Notes: generated by a model not told the origin, from the sequence alone. 16,355 nt of DNA from Gemmatimonadota bacterium (GCA_039586365.1 JBDHKN010000099.1:1-16355); one strand, 5' to 3'; numbered from the stretch's first letter, positions 6,301 through 14,972 are shown. A program made the numbers and translations.

Positions 6301-9300
6301 GTTTGCTGCAGGCACAGCGACGCGGTTCGTGATCCAGGATCCCGCCGACGGCACGGTGGACGCCCCGATTCTGGTTGCGGTGCGGGCGCTGGATCAGTTC
6401 GGCAATGTGGCCACCGGCGAGAACCGCGGCGTGACACTGCAGGCGTCAGGCTCCGCATTCGGCGGGTTCGTGAACATCACGAATGGCGTGGGTACTGTGC
6501 TGATCGACGATCAGGTGGCCGAGACGGTCACGCTCTCGCTGCTGGACACTGAGCTGACGGGATTGGATGTGAGCTCGACCCAGACGGTGGTGTTCGCCCC
6601 TGGCGCAGTCACCAAGTATGTAATCCTGGAGCCGCCCGATGGCATGATCAACGACCCGATCCCCGTCACGGTGCAGGCCCAGGATCAGTACGGTAATCTG
6701 GTGACCGGAGAGAACCGCGACGTGACGCTGGTGGCCTCGGGCTCGGCAACCGGTGACGGCCTGGTGAACATCACGAACGGGGTCGGTACACGAAGTATCA
6801 CTGACGCAGTGCCCGAAACGGTCACGCTCTCCTTGTCCGATACCCAGGGGACAGGGCTGAATGTGAGTTCGACCCAGACGGTGGTGTTCGCCGCAGGTGC
6901 CGCGACTCGATTTGTGATCCAGGACCCGGCCGACGGCACGGTCGACGCCCCGATTCTAGTGACGGTGCTTGCACTAGATCAGTGGGGCAATGTGGCGACC
7001 GGAGAGAACCGCGGGGTGACACTGGAGACCTCGGGCTCGGCATTCGGCGACTTCGTGAACTTCGTGGCCGGACAAGGCACCGCACTGATCTCGGACCAAG
7101 TAGCCGAGACGGTCACGCTCTCGCTGCTGGACACAGAGGCGACCGGTCTCGACGTCAGCTCGACCCAGACTGTCTTCTTCGGCCCCGGAGCGGGGGCGCA
7201 GTACGTCATCCTCGACCCGACTGACGGACCAATCCTGAATCCGATCACCGTCACGGTGCAGGCCCAGGATCAGTACGGCAACCTGGTCCCCAGCGAGAAT
7301 CGTGACGTCACGCTGGTGACCTCGGGCTCGGCTACCGGTGGCGGGCTGGTGAACATCCAAAACGGGGTCGGCACCCGGAACATAAATGACGCAGTGCCGG
7401 AGACTGTCACACTATCGCTGTCCGACACTCAGGGTACCGGGCTGGACGTGAGCTCGACCCAGGATGTCGTGTTCGGCGCCGGCCCGGCCACGAAGTTGGT
7501 GATCCTGAATCCGACTGACGGGACGGTTGACGCCCCGATCATGGTAACGGTCCAGGCCCAGGATGAGTTCGGCAATTTGGCGACCGGTGAGAACCGGGGG
7601 GTCACGCTAGTGGCCTCAGGATCGGCCCTAGGCGATTTCGTGAACATTGTAAACGGCGTGGGCACGACGTTTGTCTTCGACCAAGTAGCTGAGACAGTCA
7701 CACTCTCGCTTTCCGACACTCAGGGGACGGGATTGGATGTGAGTTCGACCCAGGATGTGGTGTTCTCAGTCGGAGCAGTGGCGCGTTATGTCATCCTGGA
7801 CTTGACCGATGGGACTGTGGGCATTCCACTCACAGTCACTGTGCGGGCCGCGGATCAGTACGGCAACCTGGTTACCGGAGAGAATCGCGACGTGACGCTG
7901 GTAACCTCGGGATCGGCTACGGGTGGTGGCTTGGTGGACATAGTAAACGGAGTCGGCACACGGGACATCACTGACGCGGTGCCTGAAATAATCACACTCT
8001 CACTGTCGGACACCGAGGGCACCGGGCTGAACGTGAGTTCGACCCAGCAGGTGATGTTCTCCGCGGGCGCAGCCACGAAGTTCGTGATCATGGACCCGAT
8101 CGATGGAACGACTGACCACCCGATCCTGGTTACAGTCCAGGCACAGGATCAGTTCGGCAATGTGGCAACCGGTGAGAACCGCGGCGTGACCCTGGTTACC
8201 TCGGGTGCAGCGTCCGGTGGGTTCGTGAGCGTGGTGGAAGGCGTGGGCGCCATCTTGGTATACGATGAAGTGGTCGAAACCGTACAACTCTCGTTAGCCG
8301 ATACTCAGGGCACGGGATTGGATGTGAGCTCGACCCAGGATGTGGTGTTCGCAATCGGTGCGGTGGCGCGGTATGCAATCCTGGACCCGACCGACGGACC
8401 GGTAGGCACCCCGGTCACCGTCACAGTTCAAGCGCAGGATCAGTGGGGCAACGTGTTCACCGCGGAGAATCGCGACGTGACTCTGGTGGCCTCGGGCTCG
8501 GCGACTGGTGACGGCCTGGTGAACATCCAAAACGGTGTGGGCACGCTGAACATCAACGATGCAGTACCCGAAACCGTCTCGCTATCGCTGTCGGATACAC
8601 AGGGTACGGGACTGGATGTGAGCTCGACCCAGGATGTGGTGTTCTCCGCGGGCGCGGCGACGCGCTTCGTGATCGATGACCCGGCCGATGGCACGGTCGG
8701 CTCTCCGATCACCGTTACGGTGCGGGCGCTGGATGCGCTCGGCAACGTGGCGACCAGCGAGAGCCGCGGTGTGACACTGGTGGCCTCGGGCTCCGCGGTC
8801 GGTGGACTCGTGAACATCACAAGTGGCGTCGGCTCGGTGAATGTCACCGACCAGGTAGCAGAAACCGTCACGCTCTCACTGTCCGACACTCAGGGCACGG
8901 GACTGGATGTGACTTCGACCCAGACAGTGGTGTTCGCCGCCGGTGCAGCGAACCGGTTCGTGATTTTAGACCCAACCAACGGGACGGTGGGCACTCCGAT
9001 CCCGGTGACTGTGCAAGCCCAGGATCAGTATGGTAACCTGGTCTCCGGGACGCTGCAGGTGACCCTCGTGACCTCGGGCTCAGCCACCGGTGGCGGGCTG
9101 TGGACCGTAAGTGGAGGCACCGTCACCCGGAATATCGAAGACACGGTCGCCGAGACGGTCTCGCTCTCGCTGTCCGATACCCAGGGAACAGGGCTGAACG
9201 TTAGCTCCACTCAAGATGTGGTGTTCTCTTCCGGCGGAGCAACGCGCTTCGTGATCGACGACCCAGCCGATGGGACGGTTGACAACCCAATCACGGTAAC

Positions 9301-9832
9301 GGTGCGGGCGCTGGATGCGCTCGGCAACGTGGCGACCAGCGAGAACCGCGGTGTGACACTGGTGACCTCGGGCTCCGCGGTCGGTGGACTCGTGAACATC
9401 ACGAGTGGCGTCGGCTCCGTGAATGTCACCGACCAGGTAGCAGAAACCGTCACGCTCTCACTGTCCGACACTCAGGGCACGGAACTGGATGTGACTTCGA
9501 CCCAGACAGTTGTCTTCGCCGTCGGTGCAGCTAACCGGTTCGTGATCCTGGACCCAACCGACGGGACGGCGGGCACCCCGATCCCGGTGACTGTGCAGGC
9601 CCAGGATCAGTATGGTAACCTGGTCTCTGGGACACTGCAGGTGACCCTCGTGACCTCGGGCTCAGCCACCGGTGGCGGGCTGTGGACCGTAAGTGGAGGC
9701 ACCGTCACCCAGAATATCGAAGACGCGGTCGCCGAGACGGTCACGCTTACGTTGTCCGATTCGCAAGGCACCGGGCTGAATGTGAGTTCGACCCAGGACG
9801 TGGTCTTCGGCGCCGCTCCGCCACCGGAGTAA
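3389..9832 (+). CDS. Giant surface lipoprotein or adhesin-like protein with tandem bacterial Ig-like repeats (2147 aa)
   Basis: Lipoprotein signal (RVLIILAVAA-C). Five ~104 aa repeats (F-x-x-QPSD...QDxFGN...NPGG...GVATFxDLxID...GYTL) are followed by sixteen ~97-98 aa repeats (VILDPxDG...VQAQDQxGN...VTL...AETVTLSLxDTxGTGLDVSSTQ). Rich in V/T/G/D with beta-strand patterning. Confidence 0.9.
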   Translation: MRTYESARWPRALRVLIILAVAACGDGPSIVGPEPEHLAFSVQPSDQTAGSSIQPAIKVTVQDAGGFRVTDATMRVTLQLASNPGNAVLTGTVAVNAVGGVATFADVSIDKVASGYTLSASAPAVSGATSEPFAIAAGGPAQLVFTSNPSDVTAGQVIMPPVEVTVQDAFGNVAAGAPIDVTLELAGPSPNAPQQVSESSEAASSSVAATPAAGAAADEPTLHGNTTVTAISGVATFDDLWIDGAASGYTLRALAGGLTSGSSASFTTTPAAPVQIGFETQPSDGIAAAPIPPVQVAIQDRFGNAVTTTSGSATVVLAANPGGATLSGTLTRTIINGVATFDDLSLEKVASGYTLTATVSGYNDVTSDPFAIGAGEATQLRFRTQPSDADAFIPIAPPIEVEFLDSFGNPLTTASQFVTLAMGSNPGGGSLSGIKTVAPVNGVATFNNVWIDMPASGYTLQASATGLVGATSNAFTISEGRATQLGFRTQPSDALAGVAIAPPIQVGIHDAMGNLLATANQAVTVAIDSNPGGGVLSGTATVSAVGGIATFSDLQIDQAAAGYSLSATTSGLTGATSNLFDITAGPATRYVILDPPDGIVGVPILVTVQAQDQFGNVATGENRGVTLLPTGSADGGFVFITNGTGTVLVEDQVAETVTLRLADTEGTNLDVSSTQSVTFAPAGATQYVIVDPTDGMIRTPITITVQAQDQYGNLVAAENRDVTLAVSGSATGGGLVDIQNGVGTIDINDQVPETVTLTLQDTEGTGLDVSSTQDVVFTSSTATRIEILDPTDGTVDAPVLVVLRAMDEFGNVATGENRGVTMLASGSAVGGFVNFTSGVGTLLLYDDVAETVTLSLVDTELTGLDVSSTQNVVFAPGAVTQYVILDPADGVIESPITVTVQAQDQYGNLVPSENRDVTLVASGSATGGGLVNIQNGVGTRNITDAVPETVTLSLSDTESTGLNVSSTQTVVFAAGTATRFVIQDPADGTVDAPILVAVRALDQFGNVATGENRGVTLQASGSAFGGFVNITNGVGTVLIDDQVAETVTLSLLDTELTGLDVSSTQTVVFAPGAVTKYVILEPPDGMINDPIPVTVQAQDQYGNLVTGENRDVTLVASGSATGDGLVNITNGVGTRSITDAVPETVTLSLSDTQGTGLNVSSTQTVVFAAGAATRFVIQDPADGTVDAPILVTVLALDQWGNVATGENRGVTLETSGSAFGDFVNFVAGQGTALISDQVAETVTLSLLDTEATGLDVSSTQTVFFGPGAGAQYVILDPTDGPILNPITVTVQAQDQYGNLVPSENRDVTLVTSGSATGGGLVNIQNGVGTRNINDAVPETVTLSLSDTQGTGLDVSSTQDVVFGAGPATKLVILNPTDGTVDAPIMVTVQAQDEFGNLATGENRGVTLVASGSALGDFVNIVNGVGTTFVFDQVAETVTLSLSDTQGTGLDVSSTQDVVFSVGAVARYVILDLTDGTVGIPLTVTVRAADQYGNLVTGENRDVTLVTSGSATGGGLVDIVNGVGTRDITDAVPEIITLSLSDTEGTGLNVSSTQQVMFSAGAATKFVIMDPIDGTTDHPILVTVQAQDQFGNVATGENRGVTLVTSGAASGGFVSVVEGVGAILVYDEVVETVQLSLADTQGTGLDVSSTQDVVFAIGAVARYAILDPTDGPVGTPVTVTVQAQDQWGNVFTAENRDVTLVASGSATGDGLVNIQNGVGTLNINDAVPETVSLSLSDTQGTGLDVSSTQDVVFSAGAATRFVIDDPADGTVGSPITVTVRALDALGNVATSESRGVTLVASGSAVGGLVNITSGVGSVNVTDQVAETVTLSLSDTQGTGLDVTSTQTVVFAAGAANRFVILDPTNGTVGTPIPVTVQAQDQYGNLVSGTLQVTLVTSGSATGGGLWTVSGGTVTRNIEDTVAETVSLSLSDTQGTGLNVSSTQDVVFSSGGATRFVIDDPADGTVDNPITVTVRALDALGNVATSENRGVTLVTSGSAVGGLVNITSGVGSVNVTDQVAETVTLSLSDTQGTELDVTSTQTVVFAVGAANRFVILDPTDGTAGTPIPVTVQAQDQYGNLVSGTLQVTLVTSGSATGGGLWTVSGGTVTQNIEDAVAETVTLTLSDSQGTGLNVSSTQDVVFGAAPPPE
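3494..5149 (+). repeat. Five type-1 Ig-like coding repeats
   Basis: Units start at HLAFSVQPSD, QLVFTSNPSD, QIGFETQPSD, QLRFRTQPSD and QLGFRTQPSD. Confidence 0.85.
5150..9815 (+). repeat. Sixteen type-2 Ig-like coding repeats alternating A/B (pair period ~582-585 bp)
   Basis: Odd units carry GNVATGENRGVTL. Even units carry YGNLVxxENRDVTL...SATGGGLV, changing to GNLVSGTLQVTL in units 14 and 16. Antisense shadow ORFs recur at a 585 bp offset (6100 versus 6685). Confidence 0.9.
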
Positions 9833-9984
9833 GTGACCACCGTCCGGATGTGTCTGGAGGTTGGGAATACCGCGTAGCGAATGGGCCCGATCGATCCGTG
9901 TGTTACACGCCGCGGGGGCCTGAGGCAGACAGTTGGCTCTGGAGTTGCGCTAGACTTCAGGAATGAAGCAGGTGTGCGATCAGT

Positions 9985-11184
9985 TCAATTGAGATCGGCC
10001 GTACGCACCTCCTCCTCAGGCGGGATCAGATCGGCGACCACAGGACGGTGATCGGAACCGAAATTCGGGCCGACGAAGGCACGTTGCACCTGCCAGCCAT
10101 CGCTCGCCAGAATGTGATCGATGCGAACTCTGATCCACCCGTTGAGTCGAGTTGCGCCGAATCCGAAACCCGCATGTGAGAACGCGTTCCGGAGGTCGCC
10201 CCAGTATCGCCGGTAGATCACGCTCTCTACGGGAGTGTTGAAATCTCCCACAACCAGAAACGGCCCGCTCACCGAGTCGACCCAGCGTCGCGCCAGTCGG
10301 GATTCTATTTCTCTCAGAGCAGTCTTCGTCAGCAACCTCCGCTGGCCCTCGGACACGTTGCCCGCACGCAGTCGCTCCAGACCCGCGCGCGGAGTGTCGA
10401 GGTGCAGATTGGTCACGCGGATATTCTGACCGGGCGCTTCGATGGTATAGCGGATCACCAGGCCAGATCCACCCGCAAATTCGAGGTTCTCACGCTCCAT
10501 CTCATCGGCGGCAGCTATGGGAAACCGGCTCACCAGGCAGAGCGAACCTTGGATGTGATGGGCCACAGCCACTTCCGAGAGATTCGCTATGGACTCCGCC
10601 ATCCGTCTGCCACATTCCTGGAAAGCGATTATGTCCGCCCTCAACTCTTCCATTATCCAGGAGGCCGAGAGCCTAAGGGCTCGGCCACCAGCCACGTTGT
10701 ACGTAACCACCCTGATGGAGCGAACCGAATCGCCTCCGGTGAACCAACTGCGCCAACCGGTCCGGAACCCCATTGTCGGCCCAGCCACAATGAGTAGCGC
10801 CAAAGCCAGGGGCACAAGAGATCGTCTGGAGTATTTCACGGCCGCGGGGATCAGGCCTACCAGGGGTAACAGCAGCAGCCAGCGGGGGCCAAACAGTAAC
10901 ACCGTCAGCGGCCACCATGCGTCGGCCCAGATCCAGAAACCCAGCGCCAGGAGGGTGACCGCTGCGAGATAGCCCCACGAAAGCCAAATAGTCCGGCGCA
11001 CAGCGGTACCTGTGGCCGACATTCGATAAATGATCGCGATGAGTGCAAGGACCCTACGAATACGGGTTGGATCTACGGGGGTCTTGCACTTCGGACACCG
11101 TGCAGCCGCCCAAAAGCGCCTGGGATCCAGACGCACCTTGTGCTTTTCCTTGCAGCCGACGATCACACTTGCTGAACTAGCCAC
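9985..11184 (-). CDS. Endonuclease/exonuclease/phosphatase (EEP) family protein with N-terminal TM helices
   Basis: EEP motifs TYNV, DIIAFQE, NLHL, VVGDFNT, RIDHIL and GSDHRPV, preceded by several hydrophobic helices. Start position uncertain. Confidence 0.88.
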   Translation of the reverse strand: MASSASVIVGCKEKHKVRLDPRRFWAAARCPKCKTPVDPTRIRRVLALIAIIYRMSATGTAVRRTIWLSWGYLAAVTLLALGFWIWADAWWPLTVLLFGPRWLLLLPLVGLIPAAVKYSRRSLVPLALALLIVAGPTMGFRTGWRSWFTGGDSVRSIRVVTYNVAGGRALRLSASWIMEELRADIIAFQECGRRMAESIANLSEVAVAHHIQGSLCLVSRFPIAAADEMERENLEFAGGSGLVIRYTIEAPGQNIRVTNLHLDTPRAGLERLRAGNVSEGQRRLLTKTALREIESRLARRWVDSVSGPFLVVGDFNTPVESVIYRRYWGDLRNAFSHAGFGFGATRLNGWIRVRIDHILASDGWQVQRAFVGPNFGSDHRPVVADLIPPEEEVRTADLN

Positions 11185-11429
11185 CAGCGCTACACCCGTA
11201 CCTCTCTGTATGCGGCAGTTGGGTCAATCTGCACACGACATACACTCGTGGCAACAAGAAGCTCCGACCTTAGGACCCTCCGGCAGGTGCGGCACGGGGA
11301 AGCTCACAGGCTACGAAGGCACTAGATATTCTCCTTATCGCCGACTGGGCTCATATCTTGCCTAATTATCGTAAACTGACAGTCCTCATCCCAGATCGGG
11401 CCAGCCAACCCCAGAGCGAGGAACTGACA

Positions 11430-11594
11430 ATGGCCGAATGTCCTGTATGTGGTGCGGAAGTGCCCCTCAGCAACGACACCGTCGCCAGTGAGCTGATGGA
11501 GTGTCCGGACTGCGGTACGGAGCTGGAGGTCTTGGACACCGACCCACTAACCTTGGCCGAAGCTCCAGAGTCCGAGGAGGACTGGGGCGAATGA
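11430..11594 (+). CDS. lysW: Amino-group carrier protein LysW (54 aa)
   Basis: GAGGA Shine-Dalgarno before ATG 11430. MAECPVCG...[11 protein letters not shown]...[10 protein letters not shown] has two CxxC zinc knuckles, an acidic composition and the diagnostic C-terminal EDWGE. Confidence 0.97.
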   Translation: MAECPVCGAEVPLSNDTVASELMECPDCGTELEVLDTDPLTLAEAPESEEDWGE

Positions 11595-12427
11595 GAGTCG
11601 GTTTTCTGTATTCGCTGATCCGGAAGGAAGAAAAGCTCCTGATTGACGAATTCGGGAAACACTCGGACGTCGAGTTGGTGATGCTCGACGACCGCAAGCT
11701 GATCTTCGACCTGCAGCACAGGTTGGATGTCGATGTCGTACTGGAACGCTGCATCAACCATTCCCGGGCGATGCATGGCTTGCGAATACTGGAAAGCACT
11801 GGCGTCGGCTGCGTCAACACGGCTCATGTTGCCAGCATCTGCGGCGACAAGCTCCTCACCTCCCTGGCACTGCACGACCACGGTGTGCCGCAGCCGGAGC
11901 TGCGAGTGGCGTTCACCGAGGAGTCGGCCTTGGAGGCGATCGAGCAACTCGGCTATCCGGTGGTACTGAAACCCGCGGTGGGCTCTTGGGGACGGCTACT
12001 GTCGAAAGTGAACGACCGCGAAGCCGCTGAATCTATCTTGGAACACAAGACCATTCTTGGCAGCTATCACCACTCCGTCTTCTATATGCAGAAGTACATT
12101 GACAAGAAGGGCCGTGACATCCGTAGCTTCGTGGTCGGCGACGCGTGTGTTGCTGCAATCTACCGCACCTCCGAACACTGGATCACTAACACGGCACGCG
12201 GAGCAAAGGCCACTGGTTGTCCGGTCACTGACGAGATAGCCGAAATCTCCCTACAGGCAGCGACGGCGGTGGGAGGGGGAGTGCTGGCGGTGGATCTATT
12301 CGAGACTCCGCATGGTTTGCTGGTCAACGAAGTGAACTACACAATGGAGTTCCGCAACAGCATCGCCACCACCGGTGTGAACATTCCCGGCAAGATCGTA
12401 GACTACTTGGTGGCGCCGGCACGATGA
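11591..12427 (+). CDS. lysX: Alpha-aminoadipate--LysW ligase (RimK/ATP-grasp family)
   Basis: ATGA overlap with lysW. Motifs [21 protein letters not shown]...HWITNTARG and [11 protein letters not shown], typical of LysX. Confidence 0.93.
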   Translation: MRVGFLYSLIRKEEKLLIDEFGKHSDVELVMLDDRKLIFDLQHRLDVDVVLERCINHSRAMHGLRILESTGVGCVNTAHVASICGDKLLTSLALHDHGVPQPELRVAFTEESALEAIEQLGYPVVLKPAVGSWGRLLSKVNDREAAESILEHKTILGSYHHSVFYMQKYIDKKGRDIRSFVVGDACVAAIYRTSEHWITNTARGAKATGCPVTDEIAEISLQAATAVGGGVLAVDLFETPHGLLVNEVNYTMEFRNSIATTGVNIPGKIVDYLVAPAR

Positions 12428-13449
12428 TCACTGCTTCCATAGTGGGCGGTTCGGGCTATTCGGGCGGTGAGCTGCTCCGGCTGCTGTTGTTTCACCCGCA
12501 TGTGCAGATCCAGCAGGCTACCTCGGAGCGGCTCGCCGGGAAATTCGTTCACAACGCCCATCCCAACCTGCGTCAGGTGAGCAGTCTCAAGTTCGCCGCC
12601 GCGGCTGAACTCGAGCCGTGCGATGTCTTGTTTCTCTGCCTGCCCCACGGCAATGCAATGGCTCGCATCGACGAGTTCCGCGGATTGGCCGGCAAGCTGG
12701 TGGACCTGAGCAGTGACTTTCGGCTGCATGACCGCGCTGCCTACCTCAAGTGGTACGGGAGGGAACACGCGCGTCCCGAGCTGCTCGAAACGTTCAGCTA
12801 CGGCATTCCGGAGCTGCACCGTGAGACCATCAAACGGGCCACCCATGTGGCCTGCGCTGGATGCAACGCAACCGCCACGATCCTGGCGCTACATCCGTTG
12901 TACAGGCGTGGTCTCGTCGAGTCTGCCGTTGTCGAGGTCAAAGCGAGTTCCAGCGAAGCTGGTAACGTTGCGAGCGACGCCAGCCACCATCCCGAGCGGA
13001 GCGGGGTGGTACGTTCCTACAAGCCCGCGGGCCATCGGCACGTGGCCGAGATGATACAGGAACTCGGTAGCGAGAATATCCACTTCTCCGCCACGTCCAT
13101 CGAGATGGTCCGGGGAATCCTGGCTACCTGTCACGCCTTTCTCACCGAACCGTTGGAAGAGAAGCAGATTTGGAGGATCTACCGCGAAGACTACGGAGCC
13201 GAACCGTTCGTTCGACTCGTCAAAGAGCGCAGCGGGATCCACCGTTATCCCGAACCCAAGTTGCTCTCCGGCACCAACTACTGCGACATCGGATTCGAGC
13301 GTGACGCGGACTCCAACCGTCTGGTGGTCATCAGCGCCATCGACAACCTCATGAAGGGCGCGGCAGGCCAGGCGGTGCAAGCATTCAACCTCATGCACGG
13401 GCTGCCTGAGACCACCGGTCTCGAGTTTCCCGGTTTGCACCCGATCTGA
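12424..13449 (+). CDS. lysY: LysW-gamma-aminoadipyl-phosphate reductase (ArgC family)
   Basis: ATGA overlap with lys[15 protein letters not shown]ossmann motif, DLSSDFRL, catalytic [26 protein letters not shown]. Confidence 0.93.
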   Translation: MITASIVGGSGYSGGELLRLLLFHPHVQIQQATSERLAGKFVHNAHPNLRQVSSLKFAAAAELEPCDVLFLCLPHGNAMARIDEFRGLAGKLVDLSSDFRLHDRAAYLKWYGREHARPELLETFSYGIPELHRETIKRATHVACAGCNATATILALHPLYRRGLVESAVVEVKASSSEAGNVASDASHHPERSGVVRSYKPAGHRHVAEMIQELGSENIHFSATSIEMVRGILATCHAFLTEPLEEKQIWRIYREDYGAEPFVRLVKERSGIHRYPEPKLLSGTNYCDIGFERDADSNRLVVISAIDNLMKGAAGQAVQAFNLMHGLPETTGLEFPGLHPI

Positions 13450-13458
13450 GTCGTCCCA

Positions 13459-14094
13459 ATGTGCAGGTTGTTGTGCGTTCGGGCCAGCAGCGCCTTCGAC
13501 ATACGGGCTCACCTGGATACCTTTGCCGCCATCGCCCGCGACAGCAAGGAGTACCAGGGACATGGGTGGGGCTGCGCCTGGCTGGAATCCGGGAAGTGGC
13601 GTAGCTACCACAACATCGTGCCCATTTGGGAGGACCAAGCAGCCCCGCACGAAAGGACTACGATGATGTTAGCGCACGCCCGTAGTGCTTTCCGGGACGA
13701 GGGGGTAAGCGTCGAAAACAACATGCCCTTTGGCGACGGCAATTACATGTTCGCCTTCAACGGGGAGCTACGCGGAGTGAGGATAAGGGAGCACGGCCGC
13801 ATCGGGGCCGAGAAGGTCTTCAACTACATCAAGCGATTCGACAAAGGCGACATGTTGCATGCCCTGAGGCGTGCGCTCGGTATAATCGAACAGCGCAGCC
13901 GTTACGTGCGGGCCATGAACATCGTCATTGCGAGCACACGCCAAGCTTGGGTTGCAACGAAGTACAACGAGGATCCCGATTATTTCCAAATGCACAGGTA
14001 TCGGAGCGATGACGTGCAAATTCTCTGTTCGGAGGCGTACCCCGGAGGGCAAGACTGGTTACCCGTGCCCAACGGAACTATGGAATCCTTCTGA
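13459..14094 (+). CDS. Class II glutamine-amidotransferase-fold Ntn hydrolase (EgtC/YafJ/Dug3-like), 211 aa
   Basis: N-terminal M-C-R-L-L (Cys nucleophile after Met removal), GHGWG, LAHARSA, ENNMPF and FAFNG (oxyanion-hole NG), C-terminal SE motif. Confidence 0.88.
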   Translation: MCRLLCVRASSAFDIRAHLDTFAAIARDSKEYQGHGWGCAWLESGKWRSYHNIVPIWEDQAAPHERTTMMLAHARSAFRDEGVSVENNMPFGDGNYMFAFNGELRGVRIREHGRIGAEKVFNYIKRFDKGDMLHALRRALGIIEQRSRYVRAMNIVIASTRQAWVATKYNEDPDYFQMHRYRSDDVQILCSEAYPGGQDWLPVPNGTMESF

Positions 14095-14180
14095 CGTGGA
14101 GCGTCCCAGGCCATTTGTCCAGCACGCCCAAAGACGCGACTGGGACCAGCGCCACTGAAACCCAGACCGGTGTCCGCACC

Positions 14181-14972
14181 ATGTATATAGTGAAGATAGG
14201 TGGTGGCGACAGCATCAATCTGGCAGGTATCGTCGCCGATCTCGCGGAGATCGCTGAACGGTTCGTGATTGTGCATGGCGCCAACGCATTGCGGGACAGT
14301 CTTGCTGAGCGACTCGGTGCCCCACGCGAGACGCTCACGTCGGTATCTGGCTACACCAGCGTTTACTCCGACGCCAGGGCAATCGATGTGATACTGATGA
14401 GCTACGCGGGCCTGCGTAACAAACGTCTGGTAGAACTCTGCCAAAGCCATGGCATCAATGCAGTGGGACTCAGCGGCATCGACGGGAGGTTGATAGAGGG
14501 TCAACGGAATCGTGGCATACGGGTCCGCGAAGGCGGCAAGACACTGATACGGCGTGACCTCTCGGGCAAACCCAAGCGCGTGAACGCGGATCTCCTCTGG
14601 CTGCTGCTCAACAACGGCTATACGCCAGTGCTCAGCATTCCCATTCTGGACGAGCAGCATACTGCGATCAACTCAGAAAACGACGACATCATCAACCTGC
14701 TGCAGGCTTCCTTGCAGGCGAAGCGGATCTTCCAGTTCATCGGAGCGCCAGGATTCCTCGAGGACCCCGATGACCCCACCAGTCTCGTGAAGCAGCTCTC
14801 GCAGACCGAGCTCGCGGAGCGGGAGCAGCAGGTCGAAGGCCGCATGAAACGCAAGATTTTGGCGCTCCGCAATCTGTTCCAAGCGGGCGCCGCCGAGGTC
14901 AGCATCAGCGACGGGCGCACGGAGCACCCAGTGCGCGACGCATTGGCAGGCAAAGGAACGTTGATCCGATGA
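14181..14972 (+). CDS. lysZ: LysW-gamma-aminoadipate kinase (ArgB / amino-acid kinase family)
   Basis: MYIVKIGGG, VIVHGAN, SVSGYTSVYSD, NAVGLSGIDG, GRMKRK. ATG 14181 matches the family N-terminus; TTG 14115 is an alternative start. Confidence 0.92.
   Translation: MYIVKIGGGDSINLAGIVADLAEIAERFVIVHGANALRDSLAERLGAPRETLTSVSGYTSVYSDARAIDVILMSYAGLRNKRLVELCQSHGINAVGLSGIDGRLIEGQRNRGIRVREGGKTLIRRDLSGKPKRVNADLLWLLLNNGYTPVLSIPILDEQHTAINSENDDIINLLQASLQAKRIFQFIGAPGFLEDPDDPTSLVKQLSQTELAEREQQVEGRMKRKILALRNLFQAGAAEVSISDGRTEHPVRDALAGKGTLIR

Noticed and set aside
5150..9815. Regularly spaced DNA repeats considered as a CRISPR array
   Set aside because: The period is ~290 bp, the repeats are in frame and degenerate at third codon positions, there are no unique spacers and no cas genes.
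3547..9840. Many recurring minus-strand ORFs inside the giant gene
   Set aside because: Antisense shadows of a repetitive, codon-biased coding sequence; they repeat with the same period.
9856..9888. GGAGGTTGGGAAT...GAATGGGCCC resembling the tRNA 3' flank at 272-290
   Set aside because: Two short matches interrupted by extra bases, covering only 7 nt of the tRNA; too weak to call an att site.
11185..11429. Lysine riboswitch, Lys-rich leader peptide or ARG box upstream of lysW
   Set aside because: I could not see L-box consensus elements, a Lys-codon-rich short ORF, a terminator with a U-tract or a convincing operator. An Rfam scan would be needed to exclude them fully.
11358..11590. Longer starts for lysW (11358) and lysX (11501) given in the ORF track
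   Set aside because: The Shine-Dalgarno before ATG 11430, the typical 54 aa LysW size and the ATGA overlap at 11591 support the shorter starts.
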